A stretch of DNA of 64,000 bases from Synechococcus sp. (GTDB taxonomy: Bacteria; Cyanobacteriota; Cyanobacteriia; Thermostichales; PCC-7336). Shown one piece after another: positions 31,039-41,407 of this stretch. The stretch lies in the NCBI GenBank assembly GCA_051439425.1, contig JBFRWD010000078.1:1-64000 (forward strand), given 5' to 3'. The notes under the pieces are model-generated. The model was not told the DNA's origin and did not search any database. It worked only from the letters and a program-made list of their open reading frames with translations. The position numbers and the translations under genes are program-made. The first letter of the stretch is position 1. The number at the start of each line of letters is the position of its first letter.

Positions 31039-32505
31039 TTAGGGTAATAGCTGTCGCCCTGCAGCTGCCAGCGCCTGCATATCTTGCTCGGTTTGACTTT
31101 CCACATACAGCCTCAGCAGTGGCTCCGTTTCAGAGGCCCGCACCATCAGCCAACGGGGAGAGTCTTCTAGGTAGAACTTGACGCCATTGAGAACACCTCG
31201 ATGGGTCTGAAATTGCGACATTTGGCGAATGGTGTAACCAGCAATGGTGCTGGGGGGCTGTTGCACGAGTCGAGGAATGACTTGACCGAGATCGGGACGA
31301 TCGCCGCTTCCATGCTCCGGAACCGCGTCGTAGTGCAGGTCGTCACGATGGTAGAAAATCTCGCCAAATTGCTGCCGCTTATTCGCCACGTAATCAGACA
31401 GTCGATCGCAGCCCGATTGGGCCAACATCTCTAGTACCAATAGAGCGGAGAAAATACCATCCCGTTCGGGTAGGTGCATGCTAAATCCATAGCCACCGCT
31501 TTCCTCAAATCCCATTACAACGCGATCGTCCAGCAGCTTGCGGCAGATGTAGGGAAACCCCACCTGTACGTCATAAATGTTCCGCTCTTGTCCGAAATAG
31601 AGTCCCAGCTTGTCGGTTACTGACGACGTTCTGACAATATCCCCCGACACCCCTCGCCGATTGACGAGATGGTCCACCAACAGCAGTATGGTTTCTTGAG
31701 CACTGAGCCAACAGCCATCATCCAGCAAGACTCCCAGCCGATCGGCATCCCCATCGGTAGCAATGCCTAGAGAGTAATTAGCTTGCTCCAGAGCAGACTT
31801 GAGAGGGCCAAGATTTTTAGCGATCGGCTCTGGAGATCGTCCGGAAAAATCGAGGGTAGCCACCCCGTAGATTGTGTCCACGCTGCAACCGTAGGGCCCC
31901 AGCAACTCTTGCAAAATTGTCTGACCAGCCCCTGCCATTGAATCCACCAACACTCGCAATCCCGATCGGCCAATTGCGTCCAGATCGATCAACGATCGCA
32001 GGTGGTTGAGATAGTCAGGCATCAAGTTCTGGGGCAACACCTCCACTGGGCTGATGCGCACGGGGGTTTGACCCAATCGACTCTCGATATCTTGAGTGGC
32101 TTCGTAAAAAAATGGGCCGCCGTAGGCTCCTTTAAACTTGATACCGTTGTATTGGGGGGGGTTGTGGCTGGCCGTAATTGCGATTCCGGCAGATAGGTGA
32201 CGGGCCTTGACCGTATAGGAGACGACGGGAGTGGGGGTGACGCGATCGGCCAGGATGACGTCAATGTCGTTGCCCACTAGCACTCGGGAAAATAGGTGGG
32301 CAAATTCGCGCGATCGCCGTCGCCCATCGAAGGCGACAGCAACAGCAGGGCGCTTGGGTTGAATGGACTCGACTGGCAAGTAGCCGGCATGCAGCGAGTC
32401 GGCAAAGGCTTGCGCGACAGTTTCCACCATGCTGCTATTCATCTGCAGATCGAGCAGGCCGCGCCACCCATCGGGGGCGAACTCGATGGGAATGGAAGTC
32501 TCCAT
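31039..32505 (-). CDS. Phosphoglucomutase/phosphomannomutase family protein
   Basis: TASHNP catalytic Ser, DGDADR metal site, GFEESGG, VRASETEP. Start uncertain (32505 or 32625). Confidence 0.92.
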   Translation of the reverse strand: METSIPIEFAPDGWRGLLDLQMNSSMVETVAQAFADSLHAGYLPVESIQPKRPAVAVAFDGRRRSREFAHLFSRVLVGNDIDVILADRVTPTPVVSYTVKARHLSAGIAITASHNPPQYNGIKFKGAYGGPFFYEATQDIESRLGQTPVRISPVEVLPQNLMPDYLNHLRSLIDLDAIGRSGLRVLVDSMAGAGQTILQELLGPYGCSVDTIYGVATLDFSGRSPEPIAKNLGPLKSALEQANYSLGIATDGDADRLGVLLDDGCWLSAQETILLLVDHLVNRRGVSGDIVRTSSVTDKLGLYFGQERNIYDVQVGFPYICRKLLDDRVVMGFEESGGYGFSMHLPERDGIFSALLVLEMLAQSGCDRLSDYVANKRQQFGEIFYHRDDLHYDAVPEHGSGDRPDLGQVIPRLVQQPPSTIAGYTIRQMSQFQTHRGVLNGVKFYLEDSPRWLMVRASETEPLLRLYVESQTEQDMQALAAAGRQLLP

Positions 32506-32803
32506 TTCAGCTCGCCCAGCTCGCCATTCTCCACCCTGCCAATTGCCATCATGCCGATCGCCATCATGATGACGATCGGTACGAAAACTCGTAGAAGCCG
32601 AATCAGCAACGAAATATGTTGTCATACAGTTGGCGATCGCCAAGCGATCGGCCCTCAACTCACCACTGCGAATAGTAACGGCTTTTGCCGGAGCAGGACA
32701 GGCTCCCACGAGTTGTCCCCCTCAATGGATACTGGCGGCCGGGCTCTAGAGCTGAATGCCACAATGGCACCGCATATCAACCCTCACCGACTCGGCTCAC
32801 CTG

Positions 32804-35800
32804 TCAAAAATCCGTACTGAACTCGAACGAGGCCTGATCGTCCCCCTCAAAATCCGTTCCCGTGCGAATCAACACATTTTCACCCAAACGGAATCGAGTG
32901 TTGACCCGCGGGTTAACGTCCGGATCGTTCAGGCTTTGCTGGACGGAGACCGAGACCCCAGCCCCCAGATCTTTCGCCGCTTCCAACCCCACCTCCAAAC
33001 TGCCGGATTCCCCCGTAAACGGAGCAATCCGCAATTCATCCAATCCAATTGCATTGCCCAGCGCATTCTGAGCCCCAAACAGGACGGTAGACAACGCCAG
33101 CCCGGCCAGATTGCCGGACCCAACACCACCCAGTGCTGCTCCCCCCAACAGGGCCAGGATTTGATCGGGAGAGCGGGCAGGACGACTGCTGAGATCGACT
33201 GAATTGCTATCTCGACCGCTAGTTAATTCGCTCGCTCGCCCCTGAACAGTGGCAATGACTTGAATGGTTTGTTGCTGCGCTAGGTTAACGTCCGCGCCTC
33301 TATCCGAGGAGGTAAAGGTGTCATTGGTCACCGTCCCACCCCCTAACTGCTCAGTGACCTCGGTAAAGGCCGCAACATCCAGTAGCGGGTCGAGCCCCCC
33401 CCGGTCATCAAAGACTGCGGTGTTATCCCGACCGCGATCGACGCGTAGATTAGCGACGCCCAAATTGATATTGCCGCGGGCGATTCGAATCGTCCCCAGT
33501 GGCCTTAGTTGTGATGGGGTTCCATTGAGGATCAACGTTCCTTTTGTTGTGAATGCAAACAACGGTTGGCGCACTACCTGGACGTTGTTTCCTAAAGTGA
33601 GTTCTAGCTGATTGAAGCGCGGTTGCCACTGGCTAGTCGTTCCCGCACCGTTGGAGGCGTTGGGAATGGAAATAATGCCATCCGTCAGACGAACTCCTCC
33701 ACTCAATTCCGGCGCCAGGACCGTTCCAGCAACCCTCACGTCTCCATCCACTTCCCCGCGATACAAGTCGGGCAGCTCCATTTTCAGGTCGTCGAGCTGA
33801 ACCGCCAACAAGCGATCGTCCGATTGCAATTGGCCCTCGGGGTTCACCGCCAGCAGGCCTGCGGCTTCAATCGTGCCTTCTCCAAACGTGCCGCTGAAGG
33901 ACTGCACGTTGATGCGGTTGAAATCAAAATCAATCGAGGCATCGAGCTGCTGCAAGGGATCGGGCAGGGCACTGAGTTTAACAACTCCATCGGACACAGT
34001 CAGCCCGCCATCTAGCGTTGGATTCCGCAGCGTGCCGCCAATGATGATATCCAGAAACCCTTCTCCAGAGTCCCAAGCGATCGCATCCGTAAACAGATTG
34101 AGCAGGGCCAACTGTTCGTTGCGTGCGGTCAGCTCTAGGGCAATAGCATCGGAGGCCGGGACAGCGGTAGAGAACGGCAGCGCCAGCGGTAGCTTGCCCG
34201 ATACCACCACCGGATTGGGAGAGCCACTACGCAGGCTACCATCCAGCAATAGCGTGGCTCGATGGTAATCAAACAATCCATTGGCAGCATCGAGCTGATT
34301 GCCATTAATCGCCAATGCCTCCACATCAAACTGACCGCTGGCTCTCGGATTTTGGAGGGTGCCGCCGATGTCGGCGGTTGTATTCAGATCTCCTGTCACT
34401 CGAGGGGCATCAGGGAAAAAGTCACTCACCAACTCGAGTGGGAATCGCCTCAGTTGCAGCGTGCCAGCTCGATCTTCATTGCCAAACGTCCCACTGAGCG
34501 TGCCTTGGCGATCGCCACTTTGAGCCTCTAACACCTCGACATTCAAAACAGCCTCGCGGTACTGGCCCCTGCTAGTAAGGCGATCGAGGGTGTAGCGTTG
34601 AGTGGGATTGTCAGGATTGGTCAGGGCCCAGTTACGACCCGTTATATCGAAGGTAATCGTCGGGGCGGTGATGGCACCCAGCACATGCAGATCACCGTTA
34701 AATTCACCCGTCAAATTGGAGAGTGCCGGGATACGGGAATCTACCTGCCGATCCAGCAATTCAGTCTGCTGAGCAATAACCGAGGAGTAAGCTTCCAGGC
34801 GTTCGAATAGTGACCGGGGCAACACATCCAGCGCCGTTACTTCTAGTTCGGAAGCAGGGCCAAATTGTGGGTTGGGCAACCCGGCAGCCACATCGTTCCA
34901 GTCTCGCCAGCGTATAGCCCGCAGCAAGCCTTCCAGGGAACCTTTCTCGGTCGACACTCGCATATCTAAGCGCAGCGGATCGCCCGAAACTTCCTGACTG
35001 CGGCCGGCCCGAATCTGGCGTTGGGCACCAGTGGGCAACCACACCGAGCCATTGGCGCGGTACAAGCTATCTTGCAGTTGCAATTCCCCCTCGGAGATAG
35101 ACAGCCGCCCCGCCCCATAAGCAAATGACCCCTGCAGGCGATCGGCCTGAATGCCTTGCCAACTGGGGGAATAGGTCGTCGCACTCCCCACAGCCGTAAC
35201 ATCCGCCAAGTTCAGCGCCAACTCGCTGTCGATGGTACCGTTCCATACCCCCGGCACGATGCCGTTCAGCAGTGCCAGCGGAAACTTGGCGAGTTGAATG
35301 TCAAAAAGATCGCCCTCTCGCTGGCCGGTGGCCGAGGTCTCCCCCTGCTGCAACACAAAAGATTGGGGAGCCAACGCGCGATCGAGCGAAACGGCCAAGC
35401 GATCGCCTCCAGGACCAGCCACACTTTGAAGGTCGATATCGACACCATTGCTATGGGGCTGCCATTGCAACGGCCCCTGTAACGGCGCAAAATCTAAGCC
35501 AGCTGCCCGCAAATTCTTCAATCCCAACTGGCCGGTCAGCGCTAGCGAGTCCGGCCGGCCGCTCAGTTGACCGTCCAAATTCATCCATCCACCGATCGGA
35601 AACCCGGTTGGCAATTGCGGCAGGCTCTCCAGCGGCAAATCACGGGCATTCAAGCTCAGGGCTAAGGTGCCAACCTGTTGGGTTTCAGCATCGTAGGGAA
35701 TGCGGCCCTCCACAGCGACAGTGTTTAGGACGAATCCGTCAGTGATGGTCAGCCCCGTACCGTCCCACCCCACTTGAGCGGTAATGGGGCCAGGAAGGCG

Positions 35801-37750
35801 ATCGATCCCGTCCGGTAAGTCCACTTGTCCGCTGGCCTCCAGACCCGCCAAGCTGATATCGCGGGTGGTGCCGTCAACCTGAATGTCCCCATTCAGCCGC
35901 CCGGCCATATCTGGAACGAATAATCCCAGCGGTACCGACTGAGGTATTGCTCTCGCACTGAAGGCCCGCCCTCCATCGGCAGCCGCAGGGGTGAGGACGG
36001 CGGAAAAAGCAGCGGTGCCGTCTCCTAGGGCCAGTTCGGCCTGCGTAATTGTCGCGGTATCATCCTGCCAGTCAAACGTTCCGCGACCAGCAATATCCCC
36101 TCCCGACGCTTGCCAGTTAGCGGTGATGACGGGGCGGCTGCCGGTAATCACTGCCGTTCCTTGCGCGTCAATCGCCCCCAGAGATCGCGGCAACGGATCG
36201 AACTGATAGGCTGCAATAATTCCATTGGCATCCGCATCGCTGACCGCAAATTGAAAATCGGCCCGCACCGGGGATTGATCGACGTTCAAGCGCCCGCTCC
36301 CGGTCAATCGAGCGTCGCCATTCGTGAGTCGACCCGTCAAGTTGGTCAGACTAACTTGTCCTCCCTGCAAGGCAAAGTTGCCGGAGTAAGTGCCAATTTC
36401 CAGTTCACTGACCGTTGCGGGAGCTACTTCGCTAAAACTCCCCTGCAGCAGAGGATTGGTGACAATACCTGTAAGCGTGGCCGAGCCCTGCGCCACACCA
36501 GTCACGGGGACGGGAAAGTCTAGTCCAAACGTGTCTTGCAGTTGGGCCAATGTCAGCTCGGAATTGCTGCCAGCAAGGTTGAAACGAGCGCGGGTGAAGG
36601 GGGTCCAATCCTGCAAGTAAATCGGGTCGGCCCACTCTACGGTGCCGCTGGCGATAAGTGGAATGCTCCCGAAGCGCCCGCCAACGTCATCCAAGGTAGC
36701 GATACCGGGGGCCAGCTCGATGCGGCCGATAAACTCCTCAAACAATTGCGCCTCTGGGGAGATCGAAAACGACACTTCATCCGCGATCGCCTCCCCTTCA
36801 AACTCTAGAGGCTGGCTCGCCTGCCAGGTGGCTTGCACGTTGATATCGGCAGTACCGGCCCGAGCCTGAAAAATCGACGTAATGGGAAGCAAATTGAGCA
36901 GGGTAGCAGGCGCATTTTCAGTTTGGATGTCCAGCTCCACTCGCGGCTCGCGGCCTGCACTGTCCGGATCTTCACCGTCCAAAGGAAAACTCGCTGTCCC
37001 GCGAACCTCAATCCGTCCCCCATCGCTGTAGGCCTGCGTTGTCCACGTCGCCTCGCCATCTTCCAATGGAACCCACACCCGCCCCTGCCAGCGCTCAATA
37101 TGCGCCGCTTCGCCGCCTGCGGGAATCAGCTGTAATTGACCGTTAGCAATTTCCAGGGCAATCTCCGACACTGGCAATCCGCCGTCGCCTGTGTCATTCA
37201 AGCGGAGGGCAAGCCCCTCCCAGCTCCCATCGTTCCCCCAGCCCCCATCATCTGTTTGAGCAACCGTCACATCCGGTTGATTGAGGCGGAGAGCGATCGC
37301 CAGTTCTCGTCGCCACAATAGCGTCCACACATTTGCTCGAACATCGATACTGCGGACAGTGGCCAACTCTTCAATTTCGCTGGCACCAATCGTGACTTTC
37401 CAAGGCCAGACAAATCGCACGTCCCCCAGAACGACATCCCGCTGCAGGGCATCCTCCATGGCGGTTTCCACCTGCGGTAACAGCTGGCGCTGCACGTAGG
37501 CTCGTCCCCCCAGCCCCACCGAAACCAGCCCGACCCCCAACACCACCGTTACACCGGCTCCGACCCGAGCCCCTGTCTTCAGCCGACGGGGCCATAGGTT
37601 ATCGGAAACGGAATCCGAATCTGAATCCGAATCGATGGAATCATGAGCCGACATATTTAGAGTGAATGAATCGGGTTGAGGGGAGGAAGATTGCTCTTCA
37701 TCAGGCCAATGATCTCGATCCGTTTGACCATCTTCCGGCACAGCAGTCAC
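32804..37750 (-). CDS. tamB: Translocation/assembly module TamB (DUF490, Tic236-like)
   Basis: 1648-aa ORF with an N-terminal TM anchor, a long Gly-rich beta-taco region and a C-terminal TamB-like domain ending in Phe. Confidence 0.88.
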   Translation of the reverse strand: MTAVPEDGQTDRDHWPDEEQSSSPQPDSFTLNMSAHDSIDSDSDSDSVSDNLWPRRLKTGARVGAGVTVVLGVGLVSVGLGGRAYVQRQLLPQVETAMEDALQRDVVLGDVRFVWPWKVTIGASEIEELATVRSIDVRANVWTLLWRRELAIALRLNQPDVTVAQTDDGGWGNDGSWEGLALRLNDTGDGGLPVSEIALEIANGQLQLIPAGGEAAHIERWQGRVWVPLEDGEATWTTQAYSDGGRIEVRGTASFPLDGEDPDSAGREPRVELDIQTENAPATLLNLLPITSIFQARAGTADINVQATWQASQPLEFEGEAIADEVSFSISPEAQLFEEFIGRIELAPGIATLDDVGGRFGSIPLIASGTVEWADPIYLQDWTPFTRARFNLAGSNSELTLAQLQDTFGLDFPVPVTGVAQGSATLTGIVTNPLLQGSFSEVAPATVSELEIGTYSGNFALQGGQVSLTNLTGRLTNGDARLTGSGRLNVDQSPVRADFQFAVSDADANGIIAAYQFDPLPRSLGAIDAQGTAVITGSRPVITANWQASGGDIAGRGTFDWQDDTATITQAELALGDGTAAFSAVLTPAAADGGRAFSARAIPQSVPLGLFVPDMAGRLNGDIQVDGTTRDISLAGLEASGQVDLPDGIDRLPGPITAQVGWDGTGLTITDGFVLNTVAVEGRIPYDAETQQVGTLALSLNARDLPLESLPQLPTGFPIGGWMNLDGQLSGRPDSLALTGQLGLKNLRAAGLDFAPLQGPLQWQPHSNGVDIDLQSVAGPGGDRLAVSLDRALAPQSFVLQQGETSATGQREGDLFDIQLAKFPLALLNGIVPGVWNGTIDSELALNLADVTAVGSATTYSPSWQGIQADRLQGSFAYGAGRLSISEGELQLQDSLYRANGSVWLPTGAQRQIRAGRSQEVSGDPLRLDMRVSTEKGSLEGLLRAIRWRDWNDVAAGLPNPQFGPASELEVTALDVLPRSLFERLEAYSSVIAQQTELLDRQVDSRIPALSNLTGEFNGDLHVLGAITAPTITFDITGRNWALTNPDNPTQRYTLDRLTSRGQYREAVLNVEVLEAQSGDRQGTLSGTFGNEDRAGTLQLRRFPLELVSDFFPDAPRVTGDLNTTADIGGTLQNPRASGQFDVEALAINGNQLDAANGLFDYHRATLLLDGSLRSGSPNPVVVSGKLPLALPFSTAVPASDAIALELTARNEQLALLNLFTDAIAWDSGEGFLDIIIGGTLRNPTLDGGLTVSDGVVKLSALPDPLQQLDASIDFDFNRINVQSFSGTFGEGTIEAAGLLAVNPEGQLQSDDRLLAVQLDDLKMELPDLYRGEVDGDVRVAGTVLAPELSGGVRLTDGIISIPNASNGAGTTSQWQPRFNQLELTLGNNVQVVRQPLFAFTTKGTLILNGTPSQLRPLGTIRIARGNINLGVANLRVDRGRDNTAVFDDRGGLDPLLDVAAFTEVTEQLGGGTVTNDTFTSSDRGADVNLAQQQTIQVIATVQGRASELTSGRDSNSVDLSSRPARSPDQILALLGGAALGGVGSGNLAGLALSTVLFGAQNALGNAIGLDELRIAPFTGESGSLEVGLEAAKDLGAGVSVSVQQSLNDPDVNPRVNTRFRLGENVLIRTGTDFEGDDQASFEFSTDF

Positions 37751-38212
37751 CTATGTAGCAGATGATTGTCCAACACCTGTAGCGTTCGTACGGTTTTTAA
37801 CATCAAAAACAACGCTACTGACACTTAATCCTATCCAAAGGTGGTTAGTAAGAATACGCCTTTATTCGCAGAACTGTATCGGCAAAATAAAGCGGAAATG
37901 GAAAGAGTGATGGGTAGGAATAATTTTCGGCGGAAGCAATCCAGATATTGGCAGGTTCGAGGGACACTCTGGCGTGAGACAACCGCAGTTTTTTGGGATT
38001 GAAGCCGCAAGAGTTCTGGCTCCACAGGCACAATCTCAACAAAGGGCTGTCAGTTTTTGCGGCGATCTTGGGTAGCAGATGGCGTGGGGAGATAGCCCTT
38101 CACCGACATCTCACAAAACAGGGCAAGCAGCTAAGCTTAGCAATCCGTACTTTCGCGGGAGTTCGCTCTAAGGTTATGCTCTTGGGTATGAATATCGGGA
38201 TTTCTTCGCACA

Positions 38213-38812
38213 GTGCGTCACACGTTTAATGCCCGCCAAGCAACTACCCTGTCCATTGCGGGTTCGCTGGAGCAGGTGGAACTGTTTCTCCGCGATCCTC
38301 GCCATCTAGTAGAAGCGCTGTTGGATGCCGATCGCGTTCGTCAATTAGAGGCGGGCCGGTTTGCAGTGCGGATGTCGCCAATTCAGGCACTGAGCGTACA
38401 GATAACTCCCGAGGTGGAATTGGAGATATTCACAGATCGTCAGTCTCGCGTGTTGCTAAAAGCGGTTGGCTGCCGCATTCACGGCAACGACTGGATCGAT
38501 CGCAACTTCGATCTGTCGTTCGAGGGCTGTCTGTTCCCACGGGGCTTGGAGTCATCGGAGGGGGTCGAGCTGGTAGGAGATGCCAATTTAGACGTCAGCA
38601 TTGGAATGCCTCCCCTACTACAGTTCACTCCCAAATCCATCGTGGAAGGGATTGGCAACACGATCACGAAAGGGGTGTTAACGGCGATCGAGCGATCGAT
38701 GCGGCGTCAGGTACCGGCCCGTTTCCAGCAGTGGCAGCAAGCGCAGTATTTGTTGGTAGAGATACCCGAGATTTCTTCTGAAAGACAAGCTATGCGCCAG
38801 CAACCCATTTAA
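38213..38812 (+). CDS. DUF1997 family protein
   Basis: FLRDPRHLVEAL...DANLDVSIGMPP...EGIGN pattern of the cyanobacterial/plant DUF1997 family. Confidence 0.8.
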   Translation: MRHTFNARQATTLSIAGSLEQVELFLRDPRHLVEALLDADRVRQLEAGRFAVRMSPIQALSVQITPEVELEIFTDRQSRVLLKAVGCRIHGNDWIDRNFDLSFEGCLFPRGLESSEGVELVGDANLDVSIGMPPLLQFTPKSIVEGIGNTITKGVLTAIERSMRRQVPARFQQWQQAQYLLVEIPEISSERQAMRQQPI

Positions 38813-38876
38813 AAAATTGAGCAAACCGTCGTGTTGTATTCGTTGGGGGCAGAGCTGGAACGACAGTAACGAGGTG

Positions 38877-39209
38877 CTAGGTGGCTTGGTTGAGGGCATA
38901 CACAAATGCTTCGACCTGTTCAGCACCTTCAACCTGAACTGAAACTCTTACACGCCTGTAGCCGTCACCTTCGAATTCATCAAGCATTGCCCAATGCTCT
39001 GATAGATGATTTGAAGAGAAAACATGGCCCTCAACGGCCTCTCCTTCCTCTGAAGGCACAATCCCCGGACAGCCCAATTCAGAGCCCCATCCTTCCTCTA
39101 ACAAGTTCCCGTTTAAGGTTGCAGCTTGCCAAGCTCCGGGAATAGCTTCTAAAAGTCTATGGTTTGCTCTTCCTGGAGCCAATGTTCCATAAACAAACAG
39201 CCTATCCAT
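38877..39209 (-). CDS. Gamma-glutamylcyclotransferase (AIG2-like) family protein
   Basis: LFVYGTLAPG and LDEFEG-YRR motifs. Confidence 0.9.
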   Translation of the reverse strand: MDRLFVYGTLAPGRANHRLLEAIPGAWQAATLNGNLLEEGWGSELGCPGIVPSEEGEAVEGHVFSSNHLSEHWAMLDEFEGDGYRRVRVSVQVEGAEQVEAFVYALNQAT

Positions 39210-39371
39210 CTTTATTACCCCTTAGATGGGGCGTCATACCCCAAACTCACCAATCAGGTTAGGAAACTCTCCGTAGCTGTTTGCAGGAAGCAATAGCCAT
39301 CTTTTCTCTAGCTCCAGTCACTTGAAGGGCATCCAGTTTTTGCTTGCTACTAGCAAATAGTGAAGCTCAAA

Positions 39372-39830
39372 CTAGATGCAAAGACCTCGGGGAGCAAGCG
39401 AGACATTTCCAGTCGAGAGGCGTTGTGCACTTGCCGCGTAAAAGTCCGTGATGACTTCCGGAACCCGCCGATAAATGCGCCCGCTACGGTTGACTGGGGC
39501 CAGCGTGACGGTTGCTGCGAAGAACAAGATTTCAAAGTCAGGCGATCGCAGCTCGTATTCCCAAGGAAGCCGAATCCCTCTGGGGAGCAAGGGCGACAGC
39601 AACACCACCGCATCCATCCCCATTTTGAGGGGCCGACGATAGGTCAGTGTCATATCCGCCACGACTAAATTGACATCCGCCTCCACCAACTGTTCGAACG
39701 GCAACCCCATCTGCCGCAAAACCTCCACCCGCGCTTCTTCCAACCAGGCAACATAAGCCCCGTGCCAGACAATGCCACCGTAATCGGTGTGATGGGGATA
39801 AACGCGAATAGGATATTCAAACTGAGACAT
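39372..39830 (-). CDS. Acyl-CoA thioesterase (YbgC/4HBT hotdog fold)
   Basis: IRVYPHHTDYGGIVWHGAYVAWLEEARVE. Confidence 0.9.
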   Translation of the reverse strand: MSQFEYPIRVYPHHTDYGGIVWHGAYVAWLEEARVEVLRQMGLPFEQLVEADVNLVVADMTLTYRRPLKMGMDAVVLLSPLLPRGIRLPWEYELRSPDFEILFFAATVTLAPVNRSGRIYRRVPEVITDFYAASAQRLSTGNVSLAPRGLCI

Positions 39831-40077
39831 ACATAGCAATCCGCTGCAAGGCCTGGAGGGTTGAGACCGCGAAAATACTTGATTTTCAGGGAAAAATTGT
39901 CAGGACAGTCTCCATCGCGGATTGCCGATCACTATAGCGTTTGCCATTTCAGTTAGGACAAAGGTTTCCAATCGCAGTCAGGGTTGAACGTAGCTGAATG
40001 GCCATTGCCATATCAAGCTCAGGCAGCTTGTCCAGAACTGGCTCGAACAGACAGATGCCAGAGTGACAAGCTCTTCA

Positions 40078-40725
40078 CTACCCTCCTGGAAGCTGAGCTC
40101 CCGGACATCCAGCATCCCGCCACTGCTGAATCGCTTGCCAGAGAGCCCCTTCCGTAATGTCAGTGGGTTCCAAACTGTCAGACTTCGCAATCTCCAAAGA
40201 CTGTGGAAACCAGATGCCACTGTGGTGGCGAGTGAGCAGCAAGCGATAGGCCCTTTCGCTGCGCGACCCAGAACTCCCCTGGGAGCGTTCTGCCGTCGAG
40301 AAAAACACGCGAGCAACCTCTTCCCTCGGAAGATTCTGTTCGGGAGCGATAGAGATGTCAGAGACCCTCGCAATATCTGCCGGAAAATCAATATCGGGAA
40401 AACCTGCTGCCAAAATACGAGTTTCAGCCCCCGCTCGGACTAACTGACGGTTGGCATACGCTGGTAAGTCTTCTAGCAGGGCCGTTGCCCAACGTTCGAT
40501 ATCGACAGCACATCGCGGCCCCGTACCAGAAGCCTCCTCCGAACGATCGCCCTCAGCTAACACATGTGTTGTTGTCGTCAATGCGAGCGCCAGTCCAATA
40601 GCCACACATCCGAACAATCGGGACAACCCATCCACGTTCGGCAGGTCTCTCATCACCAGCAGCGATCGCATCCAACCGGTTAGATTAGCCATTTGCCCTA
40701 TCCAACTCAGCACAAATGTGGGCAA
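40078..40725 (-). CDS. Conserved cyanobacterial hypothetical exported protein
   Basis: Signal-like segment, LLEDLPAYANR motif, C-terminal QAIQQWRDAGC. True start is probably downstream of the pyrF stop. Confidence 0.6.
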   Translation of the reverse strand: MPTFVLSWIGQMANLTGWMRSLLVMRDLPNVDGLSRLFGCVAIGLALALTTTTHVLAEGDRSEEASGTGPRCAVDIERWATALLEDLPAYANRQLVRAGAETRILAAGFPDIDFPADIARVSDISIAPEQNLPREEVARVFFSTAERSQGSSGSRSERAYRLLLTRHHSGIWFPQSLEIAKSDSLEPTDITEGALWQAIQQWRDAGCPGAQLPGG

Positions 40726-41407
40726 ATGCCTCCGCCGGATTGTTCACCGCTGTAATCGGCCGCCCGATCACTAGATGGCTGGAACCAGAAGCGATCGCCT
40801 CTATCGGGGTCAACGTCCGCTGCTGATCCCCTTTGGCTGCACCTGTCGGTCGAATACCCGGTGTCACGAGCAAACACTCCGGGCCACAAACCCGCCGAAG
40901 CTCTGCTACCTCTTGAGGGGAACACACCATCCCTGCTAAGCCAGCGCTGCGGGCAGTCAATGCTAATTGCAGCACGTAGTCCGGCAGCTCCAGCGGTACG
41001 TGGAGCTGTGTAGCCAACTGCCGGCTGCTAATGCTGGTCAACAATGTAATCGCCAATAGCTGACAGGAGCTCCCCTCAGCCCCCTCGAAAGCTGCCTCCA
41101 ACATCGCCTGTCCTCCCTGGGCGTGAACCGTCAGCAAATCCGCACCGTGTCCTACCGCCGATCTCGTCGCCCCCCTCACTGTATTTGGGATGTCATGCAG
41201 CTTCAGATCCAGAAAAACATTCCTGTCTCGCTCTTTAAGCCGGGAGATCGCCTCACCGCCCGCAGCCACAAACAGCTCTAACCCCACCTTCCACCAACGG
41301 ACATCGGGCAACCGATCGACCAGCGCCATAGCAGAGTCAAGATCGGGGCGATCGAGGGCAACAATAACGCGATCGACAGCGGCCAGAGCAGAGGAGGGAA
41401 TCGGCAT
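40685..41407 (-). CDS. pyrF: Orotidine-5'-phosphate decarboxylase
   Basis: VIVALD, KVGLELF, FLDLKLHDIPNTV, VTPGIRP, LVIGRPIT. Confidence 0.97.
   Translation of the reverse strand: MPIPSSALAAVDRVIVALDRPDLDSAMALVDRLPDVRWWKVGLELFVAAGGEAISRLKERDRNVFLDLKLHDIPNTVRGATRSAVGHGADLLTVHAQGGQAMLEAAFEGAEGSSCQLLAITLLTSISSRQLATQLHVPLELPDYVLQLALTARSAGLAGMVCSPQEVAELRRVCGPECLLVTPGIRPTGAAKGDQQRTLTPIEAIASGSSHLVIGRPITAVNNPAEAFAHICAELDRANG

Noticed and set aside
38813..38876. attC site making the GGCT gene an integron cassette
   Set aside because: No RYYYAAC...GTTRRRY pair with a proper stem, and no integrase nearby.
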